Source of the DNA: Callorhinchus milii
Lineage: Eukaryota
DNA length: 64,000 nt
Assembly (NCBI RefSeq): GCF_018977255.1
Contig: NW_024704742.1
Location: 31,064,001-31,128,000 of the forward strand
Direction: 5' to 3'
Shown: positions 1 through 11,245 of the stretch, piece by piece
Numbering within the stretch: the stretch's first letter is position 1
Layout: the number at the start of each line of letters is the position of its first letter
Notes under the pieces: model-generated
The model's input: only the letters and a program-made list of their open reading frames with translations
What the model was told of the DNA's origin: nothing
Databases searched by the model: none
Program-made: the position numbers and the translations under genes

Positions 1-668
1 AGGGGAGAGGGAGGGGGGAGAGGGAGGAGGGGAGAGGGAGAGGGGGAGAGGGAGGGGGGAGAGGGAGGGGGGGGGAGAGGGAGGGGAGAGGGAGGGGGAG
101 GGGAGGGAGAGGGAGGAGGGAGAGGGAGGGGGAGGGGGGGGAGAGGGAGAGGGGGGGAGAGGGAGGGGAGAGGGAGGAGGGGAGAGGGAGGGAGAGGGAG
201 GGGGGAGGGGGGAGAGGGAGGGGGGAGGGGGGAGGGAGAGGGAGGGGGGAGAGGGGGGGAGAGGAGGGGGAGGGGAGGGAGAGGGAGGAGGGGAGAGGGA
301 GGGGAGGGGGGGGAGAGGGAGAGGGGGGAGAGGGAGTGGGGGGGAGAGGGAGGGAGAGGGAGGAGGGGAGAGGGGGGGAGAGGGAGGGGGGGAGGGGGAG
401 AGGGAGGGGGGAGGGGGGAGGGGAGAGGGGGAGAGGGGAGAGGGAGGGGGGAGAGGGAGGAGGGGGGAGGGGGGGAGAGGGAGGGGGGAGGGGGGGAGAG
501 GGGAGAGGGGGGGGGAGAGGGGGGGGGAGAGGGAGAGGGGAGAGGGGGGGAGAGGGGGAGAGGGGAGAGGGGGGGGGAGAGGGGGTGAGAGGGAGGGGGG
601 GGAGAGGGACGGGGGAAGGGGGGAGAGGGAGGGAGGAGGTGGGGAGAGATGGGGAGAGGGAGAGGGAG
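1..668. repeat. Polypurine (G/A) low-complexity tract in the first intron of the putative FNTA
   Basis: Almost only G and A (GGGGAGA/GGGA units) for about 660 nt. Confidence 0.95.
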
Positions 669-707
669 AGCGAGTCAGACAGACAGTGATGGAGAGGCCT
701 TCGGTAC

Positions 708-823
708 CTGTAGAATACATAATCCTCGGCCCCGGGTGAGCTCCTGCAGTCCGCCTGGGCCTCAGGCGGGGCCCCGGGGCAGCGCTGCTCCTCCCGACCC
801 GACACCACCTCCTGCTCTGACAT
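708..823 (-). CDS. FNTA: Probable first coding exon of farnesyltransferase/GGTase-I alpha subunit (partial; gene continues left of the window)
   Basis: ATG at 823 (gggATG) reads MSEQEVVSGREEQRCPGAPPEAQADCRSSPGAEDYVFY-R and ends at a phase-2 AG|GTACCG donor. This resembles the recalled end of FNTA exon 1 (..YVLYR|DRAEW, also phase 2). Only a short motif supports the identity. Confidence 0.6.
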
Positions 824-825
824 CC

Positions 826-1832
826 CACCAGCTCACTAACCACCAGCTCACTAACCCCCCCCACCAGCTCACTAACCAGCTCACTAACCCCCCACACCAG
901 CTCACTAACCACCAGCTCACTAACCACCAGCTCACTAACCCCCCCCACCAGCTCACTAACCACCAGCTCACTAACCAGCTCACTAACCCCCCCACCAGCT
1001 CACTAACCACCAGCTCACTAACCAGCTCACTAACCCCCCCACCAGCTCACTAACCACCAGCTCACTAACCAGCTCACTAACCCCCCCCACCAGCTCACTA
1101 ACCACCAGCTCACTAACCAGCTCACTAACCCCCCCCACCAGCTCACTAACCACCAGCTCACTAACCAGCTCACTAACCCCCCCCACCAGCTCACTAACCA
1201 CCAGCTCACTAACCAGCTCACTAACCAGCTCACTAACCCCCCACACCAGCTCACTAACCCCCCACACCAGCTCACTAACCCCCCACACCAGCTCACTAAC
1301 CCCCCACACCAGCTCACTAACCAGCTCACTAACCCCCCCACCAGCTCACTAACCCCCCACACCAGCTCACTAACCCCCCCCACCAGCTCACTAACCCCCC
1401 CCCACCAGCTCACTAACCCCCCCACACCAGCTCACTAACCAGCTCACTAACCCCCCACCAGCTCACTAACCCCCCCACCAGCTCTCTAACCAGCCCCCCA
1501 CCAGCTCACTAACCAGCTCACTAACCCCCCACACCAGCTCACTAACCAGCTCACTAACCCCCCACACCAGCTCACTAACCAGCTCACTAACCCCCCACAC
1601 CAGCTCACTAACCCCCCACACCAGCTCACTAACCAGCTCACTAACCCCCCACACCAGCTCACTAACCAGCTCACTAACCCCCCACACCAGCTCACTAACC
1701 CCCCACACCAGCTCACTAACCACCAGCTCACTAACCCCCCACACCAGCTCACTAACCACCAGCTCACTAACCCCCCACACCAGCTCACTAACCCCCCACA
1801 CCAGCTCACTAACCACCAGCTCACTAACCAGC
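826..1832. repeat. Minisatellite, core CCAGCTCACTAAC with variable C-run/CAC spacers (roughly 55 units)
   Basis: Directly visible tandem array. Confidence 0.97.
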
Positions 1833-1916
1833 GCCCACTGTCTGACTGATTAACTCTCTCCCTGACCCCACTGTCCAGATCCCACACTAATATACCCACC
1901 GACCCGCTCAGCTCAG

Positions 1917-2010
1917 CTGCCCTCCCTGCCCTCCCTGCCCCCCCTCCCTGCCCTTCCCTCCCCTCCCTGCCCTGCCCCGCCTGCCCTCCCTGCCCCCCCT
2001 CCCTGCCCTG
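1917..2010. repeat. (CCCTG/CCCT)n low-complexity repeat
   Basis: Direct inspection. Confidence 0.85.
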
Positions 2011-2412
2011 AGTAACTCACTGGTCAACCCCCACTGTCCAGCACAGTCATTGACCGAGTCAGGAGGATGCCCAGAGCCGGCGCCTCCCTCTCTCTCAGCG
2101 TCACTTCCCCCTCCTCGTCCCTCCCCACTCACAACAAGTCACCAGCAGCACAGACAGCAACAGCGCAGTGAAGCTTCCCTCAGCTCTCACTGCTTAGTAA
2201 TGTTACCTTTTATTATTAACTCGCCGACCACCACCACCAACCCCTCCCCCCCTCCTCCTCTCCTACTGAAATACCACTCTGTGCTGCCACAACAAAGAGT
2301 CCCCCCCCCCAAAAAAAAAACAGATGATTTACGATTATAACCTAATAATAATTATAATGATAATAATCCCGGCCTTTGACTTCTTCGCTCGTTGTTGGAT
2401 CGTGGAGCCCGT

Positions 2413-2685
2413 CTCAAAGCGTTTCGGAGGATTTTACTGTGAAGCGCAGTGACCGTACCTTTAGGCCAACCTGGCACCCAATTTGTGCGCGGTCATGAAG
2501 TGAGGGAGCGATTTTACTTGGGGGGGGTTGGTTGTTGGCCAGGACATAGGAAGAAATTCCATCTCTTTTTGAATAGTGGGATGGGATCTTTAACGTCCAC
2601 TTGAAGGACAGAATTTCCAACAAAGTGGCCCTCCCCAGCACTGCACTTGTGTGTCAGGCTGGATTGTGAGCTTAAAGTCCCAATG
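2413..2685 (-). mobile_element. SacSINE1/DeuSINE-like SINE fragment
   Basis: Shares ggccaggacac..gaatagt..atgggatctttaacgtccac blocks with other copies (e.g. 41805-42220). Confidence 0.7.
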
Positions 2686-3362
2686 TGATCTCCTCCAGCC
2701 CCCGCACCATCCATCACATGTGGTGTTCCTCTGAGCTCTGTCTTGGTCCCCTCCTTTTCAATATCTATATGTTGTCCCTCGGTAACATTGTCTGCAGACA
2801 TGGAGTCAACTTCCATATGTATGTGGATGACACTCAACTCTATCTCTCTGCCTCCACCCTCAATTCCAGGACAACTGCTGTCCTCACAGACTGCCTGTTG
2901 GATATCAAGTCCTGGATGACAGCTATACCCCACATCCTTGCCATGACCCGCTCTGCCTTTTCCCACGTCCTCAACATCGCTTAGCTCCGCCACAATCTCA
3001 CACAGCAAGTGGCCAAGACCCTCGTAGATACATTCATAACATCCAGGCTCGATTACGCAAACTCCCTGCTTGTTGGCCGTCCCAACTCCTCCCTCCATAG
3101 GCTGCAGATCCTCCAGAACTCCGCAGCCCGTGTTCTCTCCTGCATCAGGCTCTGCGACCCTATCGCCCCCATCCTTACCCAACTCCACTGGCTTCCCATT
3201 ACACAGGATACAGTTCAAGATCCTGGTCCTCACTTTCAAAGCCATCCATGGTCTTGCTCCCCCCTACCTCTGTGACCTCCTAACCTCCTACCAACCTGCC
3301 TGCTCCCTCCACTCAGCGGGTTCAGGCCCTGCTTCACGTCCCCCGTCTCACCCGCCCCACTA
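2686..3362 (+). mobile_element. L2 LINE ORF2 (RT/C-terminal) fragment, degenerate
   Basis: Translations [46 protein letters not shown] with frameshifts. Confidence 0.9.
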
Positions 3363-4881
3363 TTCTCTCCCAAGGCCATTCAGCCTGTCAAGCCTGTTCT
3401 ACCATTTAGTTAGAATATCAAGGCTGATCTGTAACTCAGGACCATTTGTTAATGTTTTCTCCATACTCTCTGCAGCTCATGAACTGCAACTCATTATTCT
3501 CTCACACACAAGCGACTGCTTGATAATAATCTCTAAAGTTTTGGAGCACGAAAATGATGAATGGTTTTGGTGGGTAAATGGAAAATTACTACTTCCACTG
3601 ATAAGTGAGTTGGTAACAAGAAAACATAAGTTAAGTGTAAAGCAGAATAAAGACCAATGGAGGTTAGATTTTATTTTAAAAAGCTTTATTTTTCATTTTT
3701 CCAAACACAGGATAAAAACATGAAAACAACATCCAAAGTTGGGGAAAAATCTCAGTTCTGAGGTTAGAATCCTACATATGGACAGCAGCTAAAAGCCACT
3801 AACACTATACCAAAACAACATGTAAGACATCTATATCAATAACAAACAGCAGGCAACACCATTATATAAATATACTGTATATACATAATTTCTTGAATAA
3901 GAGAGATGGCCAAACATGGGAACAGGCTAGAGGGTTCAAAGTCAAACAGAGCTTCCCCATATTATGTGATGGGACCAAAGAAAACTTATCCTAGGATGCT
4001 CAACAGACTGGAAGATGTGATGGCAAGAGATCAAATGCTGCAGGTCAGACAGCAGCCACTGTCCAAGAGTCTAAACGGAGAAGACTACTTTTATGCAGAG
4101 GTCAGTCAATACAGAATACGTTACCACAAAAGAAATGCAGAATGAGAAGCAGAAATCTTGCAGCTTAAACCCCCAAACTATACAGTCAATTCACTTTACA
4201 ATATATTCTGTGAAGCACTTTGAGACGTCTCAACAATGTGATAAGGTGATATATAGCAAATGCAAGGATTATTATTATAACACAGTAGACAGTTTCATGG
4301 GAAAGGTTCTTTTATTGAAATATGAGTGCCCTCTAGAGGATAATGTGGGATATTTCTTCTCATTTCCTATTAAGATCAACCATTTTTGCCGCTCACTACC
4401 TTTCCATATATGCCCATTCTTATCACTTAAAAATTTCTAGTTGCTGTTTTCTCTCCCCTAATGTTTGTGCAAATTACATTACATTTCATGATTATTTCCC
4501 AGAGCAAGTACTTGCTACTTAGGTAAATTCCCTTGAGACCTGCTTAGACGTAAGTCTGTTAGCAATTTTTTATGAATCATGCCGTGGCATTTCTCTACTC
4601 TCCGACATACTTATACTCCACTCCTCTACCTGCTCCTTACCTTCATCAGGCTCGTAGCTTCCTGCACGTCCCTCATCACTTCCACTAAGCGACCATGGAT
4701 TCAAACACTATGCTCCAAGATTCTGGAACTCTCTACCTCAATCCCCTCAGGCTTGCTCCCTCCTTGTTTGTCTTCAGATAATACTTAAAGACCTTCCTCT
4801 TCAACCGTGCCTACAGCTTGGTGTCAAGCTCCACCCACTCAGCCTGGCTTGGCATCAAGCTCAGCTACTGTTCAGCTCTTG

Positions 4882-5256
4882 TGGAGTCCTGTAGCTTAGT
4901 TATTAGATCACTTGCCTTGCAAGGACTGGGTTCGATTCCCAGGCAGGGCGAAACGTTAGGCATGTTCCCTTACTCCACACGCCTCTGTTTACCTAGCAGT
5001 AAGTAGGAACCCGGTTGTTAGTCGATTGGCGGATCGCTTTTGAAGGTTAATAATCTCTTCAAGTAAAAGAAAAAAAAGCATAATTTGGTCACTCAACCTA
5101 ATACTGTTTGTGGGACACTGCTGTGAGCAATTGGCTGCCGCATTATGCCCACAACATATACAGTCAATTCATTTTATAGTATGTTCTGTGAAGTGCTTTG
5201 AGATGTCTCGAAGACTTGATAAGGTGCTATATCAAATGCAAGGAGTATTATTATTA
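4882..5256 (+). mobile_element. tRNA-derived SINE (tRNA-Ala-like head, Deu-like body, L2-like tail)
   Basis: gagtcctgtagcttag..gggttcgattcc A/B boxes; gtgggacactgctgtg..ttggctgcc body; atcaaatgcaagg(att)n tail. Confidence 0.85.
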
Positions 5257-6219
5257 CCCTGCATGAAGGGTGCTATATATGACTACAAGTTGGTGTTTTT
5301 GAATTGTGAATTCTAAACACGTTCTTTTGCTTAACAGCTTCCAGTGTTTTACAGTATTTTGCCATATTATCCATAATTGTTGCAAACATTTTCATTCATG
5401 AAAAAAGCAAGTTTAAGCCTAGGTATTTCAATTTCTGTTTGCTTTTAAACCCATCTAGAGGATTCAGAATAATTTTCCAATATATCAATTTACTGCTTAG
5501 GGAACAGTAGAAAACATGCTAACAGAAATATGACTTGTCATACAATGCGTTTGGCAAGCTACATAACAGAATGTCAAATTACAAATACTCAGGAATATTC
5601 TCCCTGTCTCACCCTTTTCACTGCTCAGTAGCAAGGGGAAGAGAAGCTAAGTGAATGTGTGTCTTTTGTCATCAATCTCCCTTAGATGGTTAAATGGTTA
5701 TAGAATGACACTGAGCTTGGAATGATGTTTGCCATGGGGAAGGGGAGAAGGGTTAACGGTATGTGGAATGTTAATGGAATTTGGCATTCTGGAGAGGGAG
5801 GTGTTAATGGACTTTGATATTGCAGAAAGGTAAGAGTTAATGGAATTTGGACTCCGCAGGAGAAAAAAAGTTTGTTAAATTTGTTTTTGTTGGAAATACA
5901 AAGAGAGAAAATTCTCATTTAAATTATGCACAACTTTGCTCCAGGATGGCCTGGCAACAACATTTGTTATATAATGGCCTGGCTCAGATTCTTGTTAAAA
6001 TGTGGTCGAACGTTAGTTAATGAGACTGTTATGTCAATCAGTCCAAAGTGATCTGTGATATGGACCGGCCATGAAGTAAGTTAGCAATCACCGACTGTGG
6101 TCCTCAGATTGACCATTGAGAAACACTGGTCTAGATGAACAATGTCAACTCCTACATTATTACACAGTTGAAAAACACATATTCACCAACTAACCTGTCC
6201 GATATTATCATTATGATCT

Positions 6220-6441
6220 TAACCCCTCCCCCCCCACTGCCCCAAGCTTTGGAACTCGCTCCCTCAATTCCTTTGCCTTGCCCTCTTTCCCCATTTTCAG
6301 GTTGTGCCTGAAGACCTTCCTCTTTGACTGTGCCTATGGTCACCTGCGCCCTCCCCCGGCTCGGCATTGGGCTTGTTAAGCGCTCTGGGATGCTGCCCGG
6401 TGTCAAAGGTGCTATAGAAATGCAAGTTGTTGTTGTTGTTC
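6220..6441 (+). mobile_element. L2 3' end fragment with (GTT)n tail
   Basis: aagaccttcctctttgac..aagcgctctgggatg..tgcaagttgttgttg. Confidence 0.75.
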
Positions 6442-6739
6442 CAAAAGAACTCAAGTAATTGGCATCACATTTTAAAATTGGCTGCTGTGAGCAGGAGGTA
6501 GCATAACTCTATATCCTTGCCTCAATTATCCAATTCTACCCAAATGAGTGATAAAGCACGAACAACACTGGAATCATCAAATCATACAATCACTACACTT
6601 TATATGCATCCTGCGAAGCATCTTGAGATGTCTTCCCGATGTGAAAGGCGCTATATCAAACTTAGATTATTATAATAACAGCAATACTGACACTTAGTAG
6701 AGCCCCATAACATCTCAACACACTTCTTATTTATATTTG

Positions 6740-7115
6740 TAAGTGATTGTATATTTGTAAGTGAACACAGCAGCCAATTTGCACATAGGAATGTCTCACA
6801 AGCAAGCACTCACTTGGTGAGTGACCAAGTTTATCTGGAGGATTGTTGGTCAGGACACTGGGAGAAATTCCCTTTTCTTTTGAATAGTGCCATCTTTAAT
6901 GTCAAGTAGCATTACAATAACTTTCACACCCACCTGAACAGACAAACAAGATTGTGGTTTAACATTTCTACCGACAGGACAGAATCCCTCACATTGCAGC
7001 ACTTCGCTGGCTCCTGTTCTGTGGAATGTCAGATTCAAAGTCCTAAGATGGGGCTTGAACCCACCACTTCCTGATCCAGAGGCAAAAGTGCTACCAACTA
7101 AGGCAAGCTGACATC
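6740..7115 (-). mobile_element. SacSINE1/DeuSINE-like SINE
   Basis: Reverse-complement head (gggcttgaaccc..gtgctaccaact) and body similar to other copies. Confidence 0.75.
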
Positions 7116-7689
7116 CAAATCTGCCTTTGCAATATTGGGAGTAACAACACTACTCACAAAAAACTCCCAGGGGTAGATTTATTATTTTTAAAATACGGTA
7201 TTTTCCATTCTCTAGGTTGCGCTCAATCACCATAATGAACACACTGTTCAGGTGCATTTGATTTTATCAAAGAAACACAGGACACATGTTACAGAATTTT
7301 CAGTGAGGTCGCAATAAAATGTGCATTTCATGAAGATTATATTACAATTTCTGTTTGGAAGAAATCAATAAACTGATACTTGAGAAGTCTTAGTATAAGT
7401 GAATGACAATAAAATCTTACAAAGACTTTCACTTCACTGGAATAATAAACAACACACTTAATTGCATAAGGATCAATAAAGAACACACACAAAGAGATTG
7501 TGACATGGAAGACAAAGTAACTCAAATGAAAGTCTCATAAAGACTTTGATTTGAATTACTTTGTAGGTATTAGGTATTACTGATAATCTCGCATTTTGAT
7601 TACATTTGTTCCTTTTTTCACAAAAAAAGGGCTGTTCTTTCACTATGTCCCTTCTTAGTCCTAGGTTTCTCAATAAAAATATATAAAGT

Positions 7690-8060
7690 TCCTTCAATGG
7701 CACAGCCTAGACTATACAAGACTGGTTGGATGGCTGCAGGTTTGAAACATGGTCTATACTGAGTTAGTTGATCTCAGCCCAGGCAACAATAGGAGCCTTA
7801 TAATTGGCCTCGGTTCCACTGGGGTTAGGGAGGGGAAAATCAGTTGGGGTTCTCATCTGTGCTCACCATGCAGAAGTCCCTTTGGAAGGAGCTTCAAACA
7901 AAGAAGGACTGTGCTCGTCTGTGCTGTGCTGCCCATATGTCTGAATAGCCTGGCAAAACTCACCATCTAGGCTCACAAGTAAAAAATAACCACTTGGATA
8001 AACTACTGGGAGACAACCAGTGTCTGTGGAACTGTATCTCAATAAAAGAAAACAAAGGGA
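7690..8060 (+). mobile_element. Ancient SINE-like repeat (LF-SINE/MER131-like); related copy on the minus strand at about 19500-19800
   Basis: ctgagttagttgatctcagc..ggggaaaatcag..ctcaccatctaggctcac matches the reverse complement of gcaagcctagacagt..ctgagatcaggtaatttagcac; family name is tentative. Confidence 0.45.
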
Positions 8061-8241
8061 AGGCGAAGGGCTTCAGGAGAGGAGATGAGGGACAAAAATT
8101 AAGAGGTAGTAGAAACGTACCAGGTTACATGTGGTTGCTCCATAATTCACTAATGCCGTACCCTGTGCTCACGTGCACTTTCAGTTACTGTGCTTGTCTG
8201 GATGATGTGTCTACAAGCTGCAGTTACTCCTCTGTCTTGGT

Positions 8242-8407
8242 TCAGTTTCGTTGACAAGCTGGAGCCTTTGCATCTTGAATGACGTAGAATGCATAAGAGA
8301 ATCCAGGAAGGCGGATGATGCTCCCTGGTGCAAGCTGCTTTCCCCTTATAACTGGAAGCGTCTCTCTGTCCACCATACTGAGAACCTCATCATTGAGCCG
8401 AACCGAC
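8242..8407 (-). CDS. HPSE: Heparanase coding exon 12 (last)
   Basis: SVRLNDEVLSMVDRETLPVIRGKQLAPGSIIRLPGFSYAFYVIQDAKAPACQRN*; acceptor ttctcag. Confidence 0.95.
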
Positions 8408-8574
8408 CTGAGAATAAGCAAAGGAAATTCATTTTGGCCAAGCAGTATGCCTTAAGTTGATCAGAATTATACTGAATCCAATGTTAAAATGCATGCAATA
8501 TTGCATTTCCCCTAAAGCTCCAGATTTGTAATCTTTTCATCCCTTTGTAATTTTTTCATCCCGCTGCTCATGTT

Positions 8575-9183
8575 CGAATTCAAGATCCTCATCCTCACCT
8601 ATAAGGCCATTCACTGCCGTGCTCCCTCCTACCTCTCCGACCTACTATCCCCCTACCTACCTGCCCGTACCCTCCGTTCCTCTGGCTCCGGTCTGCTCCA
8701 CAACCCCCGCCCCAACCGCCCTACCATCGGTGGCCGGGCCTTCAGCCTCTCAGCCCCGAGGCTCTGGAACTCTATCCCCCAGTGCCTTCGCCGCCTCCTC
8801 CCTTTCCTCCTTCAAGGCCGGTCTCAAGACCTTTCTCTTTGACCGTGCCTTCAGCTCCCCTCTCGACTCTCTACCCCCTCCTCGCTCCCTCCCTTCCCTC
8901 CCCCTGACCATTTCCCCCTTGCTCGGGTCCTGACCCAACTGTACAGCGTCTTGGGACGTCCTCCCGACGTGAAAGGCGCTCAATAAATGGAATCTTGTTG
9001 TTGTTTTCTCTTCGACTGTACCTTCAGCTCCCCTCTTGACTCTTCCCCTCCTCGCTCCCTCCCTTCCCTCCCCTCACCCTGACCATTTCCCCCCTGCTCG
9101 GGTCCCGACCCAACTGTCCAGCGCTTTGGGACGTCCTCCCGATGTGAAAGGCGCTCTATAAATGAAATCTTGTTGTTGTTGTT
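8575..9183 (+). mobile_element. L2 3' fragment with tandemly duplicated 3' terminus
   Basis: FKILILTYKA..APSYL..GGRAFS translation; two consecutive ends, each finishing in aatcttgttgttg. Confidence 0.88.
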
Positions 9184-9572
9184 CCATCTTACAATGCTCC
9201 CAAAAGTACAAACATCTGCATCCCTGTGTGCAAACAAGTTGCTTCTGACTCATTCAATGCAGGGAATGATTGATATATAGGCGCTGGACAGTCAGTGTTT
9301 TGGACCCGAGCTGGTGGGAATGATTGATATAATGGTCAGTGATGAAACAATGGTGTAAGACAGAGATGCTTCTCATATAGATGAGGATACAGTGCCAAAA
9401 CTTACAAAACATCTATGAGGAAAGCACAATTGCAACACAAACACAAGATATATTAAGATAACAATGATTGTTGAGCATCTGTCTCCCAGGCTACTGAACA
9501 GATCAATTTATAATTATGGAATGCTTTGTGCCTAATGTTTTAATTGCGTGGGTCTGTCGGAGGGAAGGATTC

Positions 9573-10760
9573 AACAACAACATCATATTTGTATAGCACT
9601 TTTCACATCAGGAAGATGTCCCAAGGCGCTGGACAGTCAGTGTTTTGGACCCGAGCTGGTGGTCGGGATTGGGGAAAGGTGGAGGGCAGGGGGTGAAGGA
9701 GGGTGATCGAAAGCACGGTTGAAGAGGAGGGTATTGAGATGGGTCTTGAAGGAGGCAAGGGAGGGGGTGAGGCAGAGAAACTGCAGGATGGAGTTCTAGA
9801 GGATAGGGGCAGAGTGGCAGATGGCAGGGGACATGAAGTAGGCCGGGTCCCGCTGAGCAGAGACAGCAGGCAGGTTAGTAGGGTTTCAGGAAGTCGTAGA
9901 GGTTGGGGGGAGCAAGGCCATGGAGGGCTTTGAAGGTGAAGACTAGGATCTTGAACTGCATCCTCTGCGTGATGAGAATCCAGTGGAGTCGGGGGAGGAT
10001 GGGGGTGATAGGGTCACAGAGGATGGTGCGGGAGAAGACACGGGCTGCAGAGTTCTGGATGATCTGCAGCCTATGGAGGGAGAAGTTGTGGAGGCCGACA
10101 AGCAGGGAATTTGCATTGTCAAGTCTAGATGTTATGAATGCATGCATGAGTGTTCCGGCAACCTGCGGTGTGAGACAGAGGGCGGAGCCGGGCGATGTTG
10201 CGGAGGTGGGGGAAGGCAGAGCGGGTCATGGCACAGATGTGGAGTAGAAAGGATAGTTGAGGGTCAAACAAGATGCCAAGGTTACAGACTGGCTGAGTAA
10301 GGTGGAGTGTGCATCCGTGAATGGTGATGCTATCAGCGCCTGAGATGTGGAGGCGCTGACGAGATCCAATCAGGAGGCCCACGGGATTGTTGACGTTCAA
10401 CTGAAGAAACTTAGCTCTCGTCCAGGACTTGATGTCTGACAGACATTCTGTCAGGACAACAGTGGTCCTGGGGTCAAGGGTGGAGGCAGAGAGGTACAGT
10501 TGGGTTTCATCCGCATACATGTGGAAATTGACCCCGTGTCTGCGGATGATGTCATTAAGAGGATATAGAGCATATAGATATTGAAGAGGAGGGGACCAAG
10601 GACAGAGCCCTGAGGAATGCCGCACAAGACGGTGCAGGGGCTAGAGGAGAAACCATTTGTGGAGATGAAGTGGAGGCAGTGTGAAAGGTACAATCTGAAC
10701 CATTCAAGGACAGAACCATGAAGGTTGAGGTGAGAGAAGAGGCAGTAAAGCAAATTATGT
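9573..10760 (-). mobile_element. L2 LINE fragment (RT to 3' tail)
   Basis: [35 protein letters not shown] translations; (CAA)n tail at 9573. Confidence 0.9.
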
Positions 10761-10941
10761 GAGATCTGACATACAAGTTCCTATTCTGCACCATGCAAGT
10801 GCATCACCTTTTACAGACCAGAGAATCAATGTTGACAAAGGTACATGTTGGTGTGGAGGCACCAGGAAAAATGGAAGCAAAAACAATTTATGAATCCTAA
10901 TGTGGCTTTACCAATCCCAGCAGTGCTGGATTTAAAATATT

Positions 10942-11163
10942 TTGGGAGAAAAATTCCACCTGGGCCTATTTATGTAGCATTTCTGAGGGTCCAGAATTGT
11001 TGAAATCAGTCTTAACTTGGAAGTCGATTTTCAGTAGTCCTTAAAAGCGTTTATAGAAAGCCAACTTGAAAATAAAAACTATATTAAGAATTTGCGAAAC
11101 TCTACATGCTCTGAAACACTACATAAATTGAGTGAATCTAGACTCAGGTGGAATATCTTCCAG
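10942..11163. repeat. Palindromic (MITE-like) repeat; related inverted copy at about 26035-26252
   Basis: attccacctg..caggtggaat termini; tcagtcttaacttggaagt shared with the reverse complement of the 26.1-kb copy. Confidence 0.6.
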
Positions 11164-11245
11164 TTATGGGAAAACATATGAATTGGAGCTGTCTACATTT
11201 ATTTTGGAGAACTTAGTTACTTTTTGAAGAAAACTATATGCTTAC

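Noticed and set aside
826..1832. Interstitial telomere
   Set aside because: Contains GGGTTAG but never tandem TTAGGG; the unit is a distinct core of 12-13 bp or more
336..1899. ORFs rich in G/E/R, LTNHQ or VSEL/VSWW
   Set aside because: Translations of the polypurine tract and minisatellite; no coding features
7310..7680. Cluster of + strand AATAAA as the end of a convergent gene
   Set aside because: AT-rich sequence downstream of the HPSE stop; no upstream + strand exons identified
2200..8200. COQ2 or another gene between HPSE and the putative FNTA
   Set aside because: No recognisable exons; the region is mostly L2/SINE fragments and AT-rich sequence
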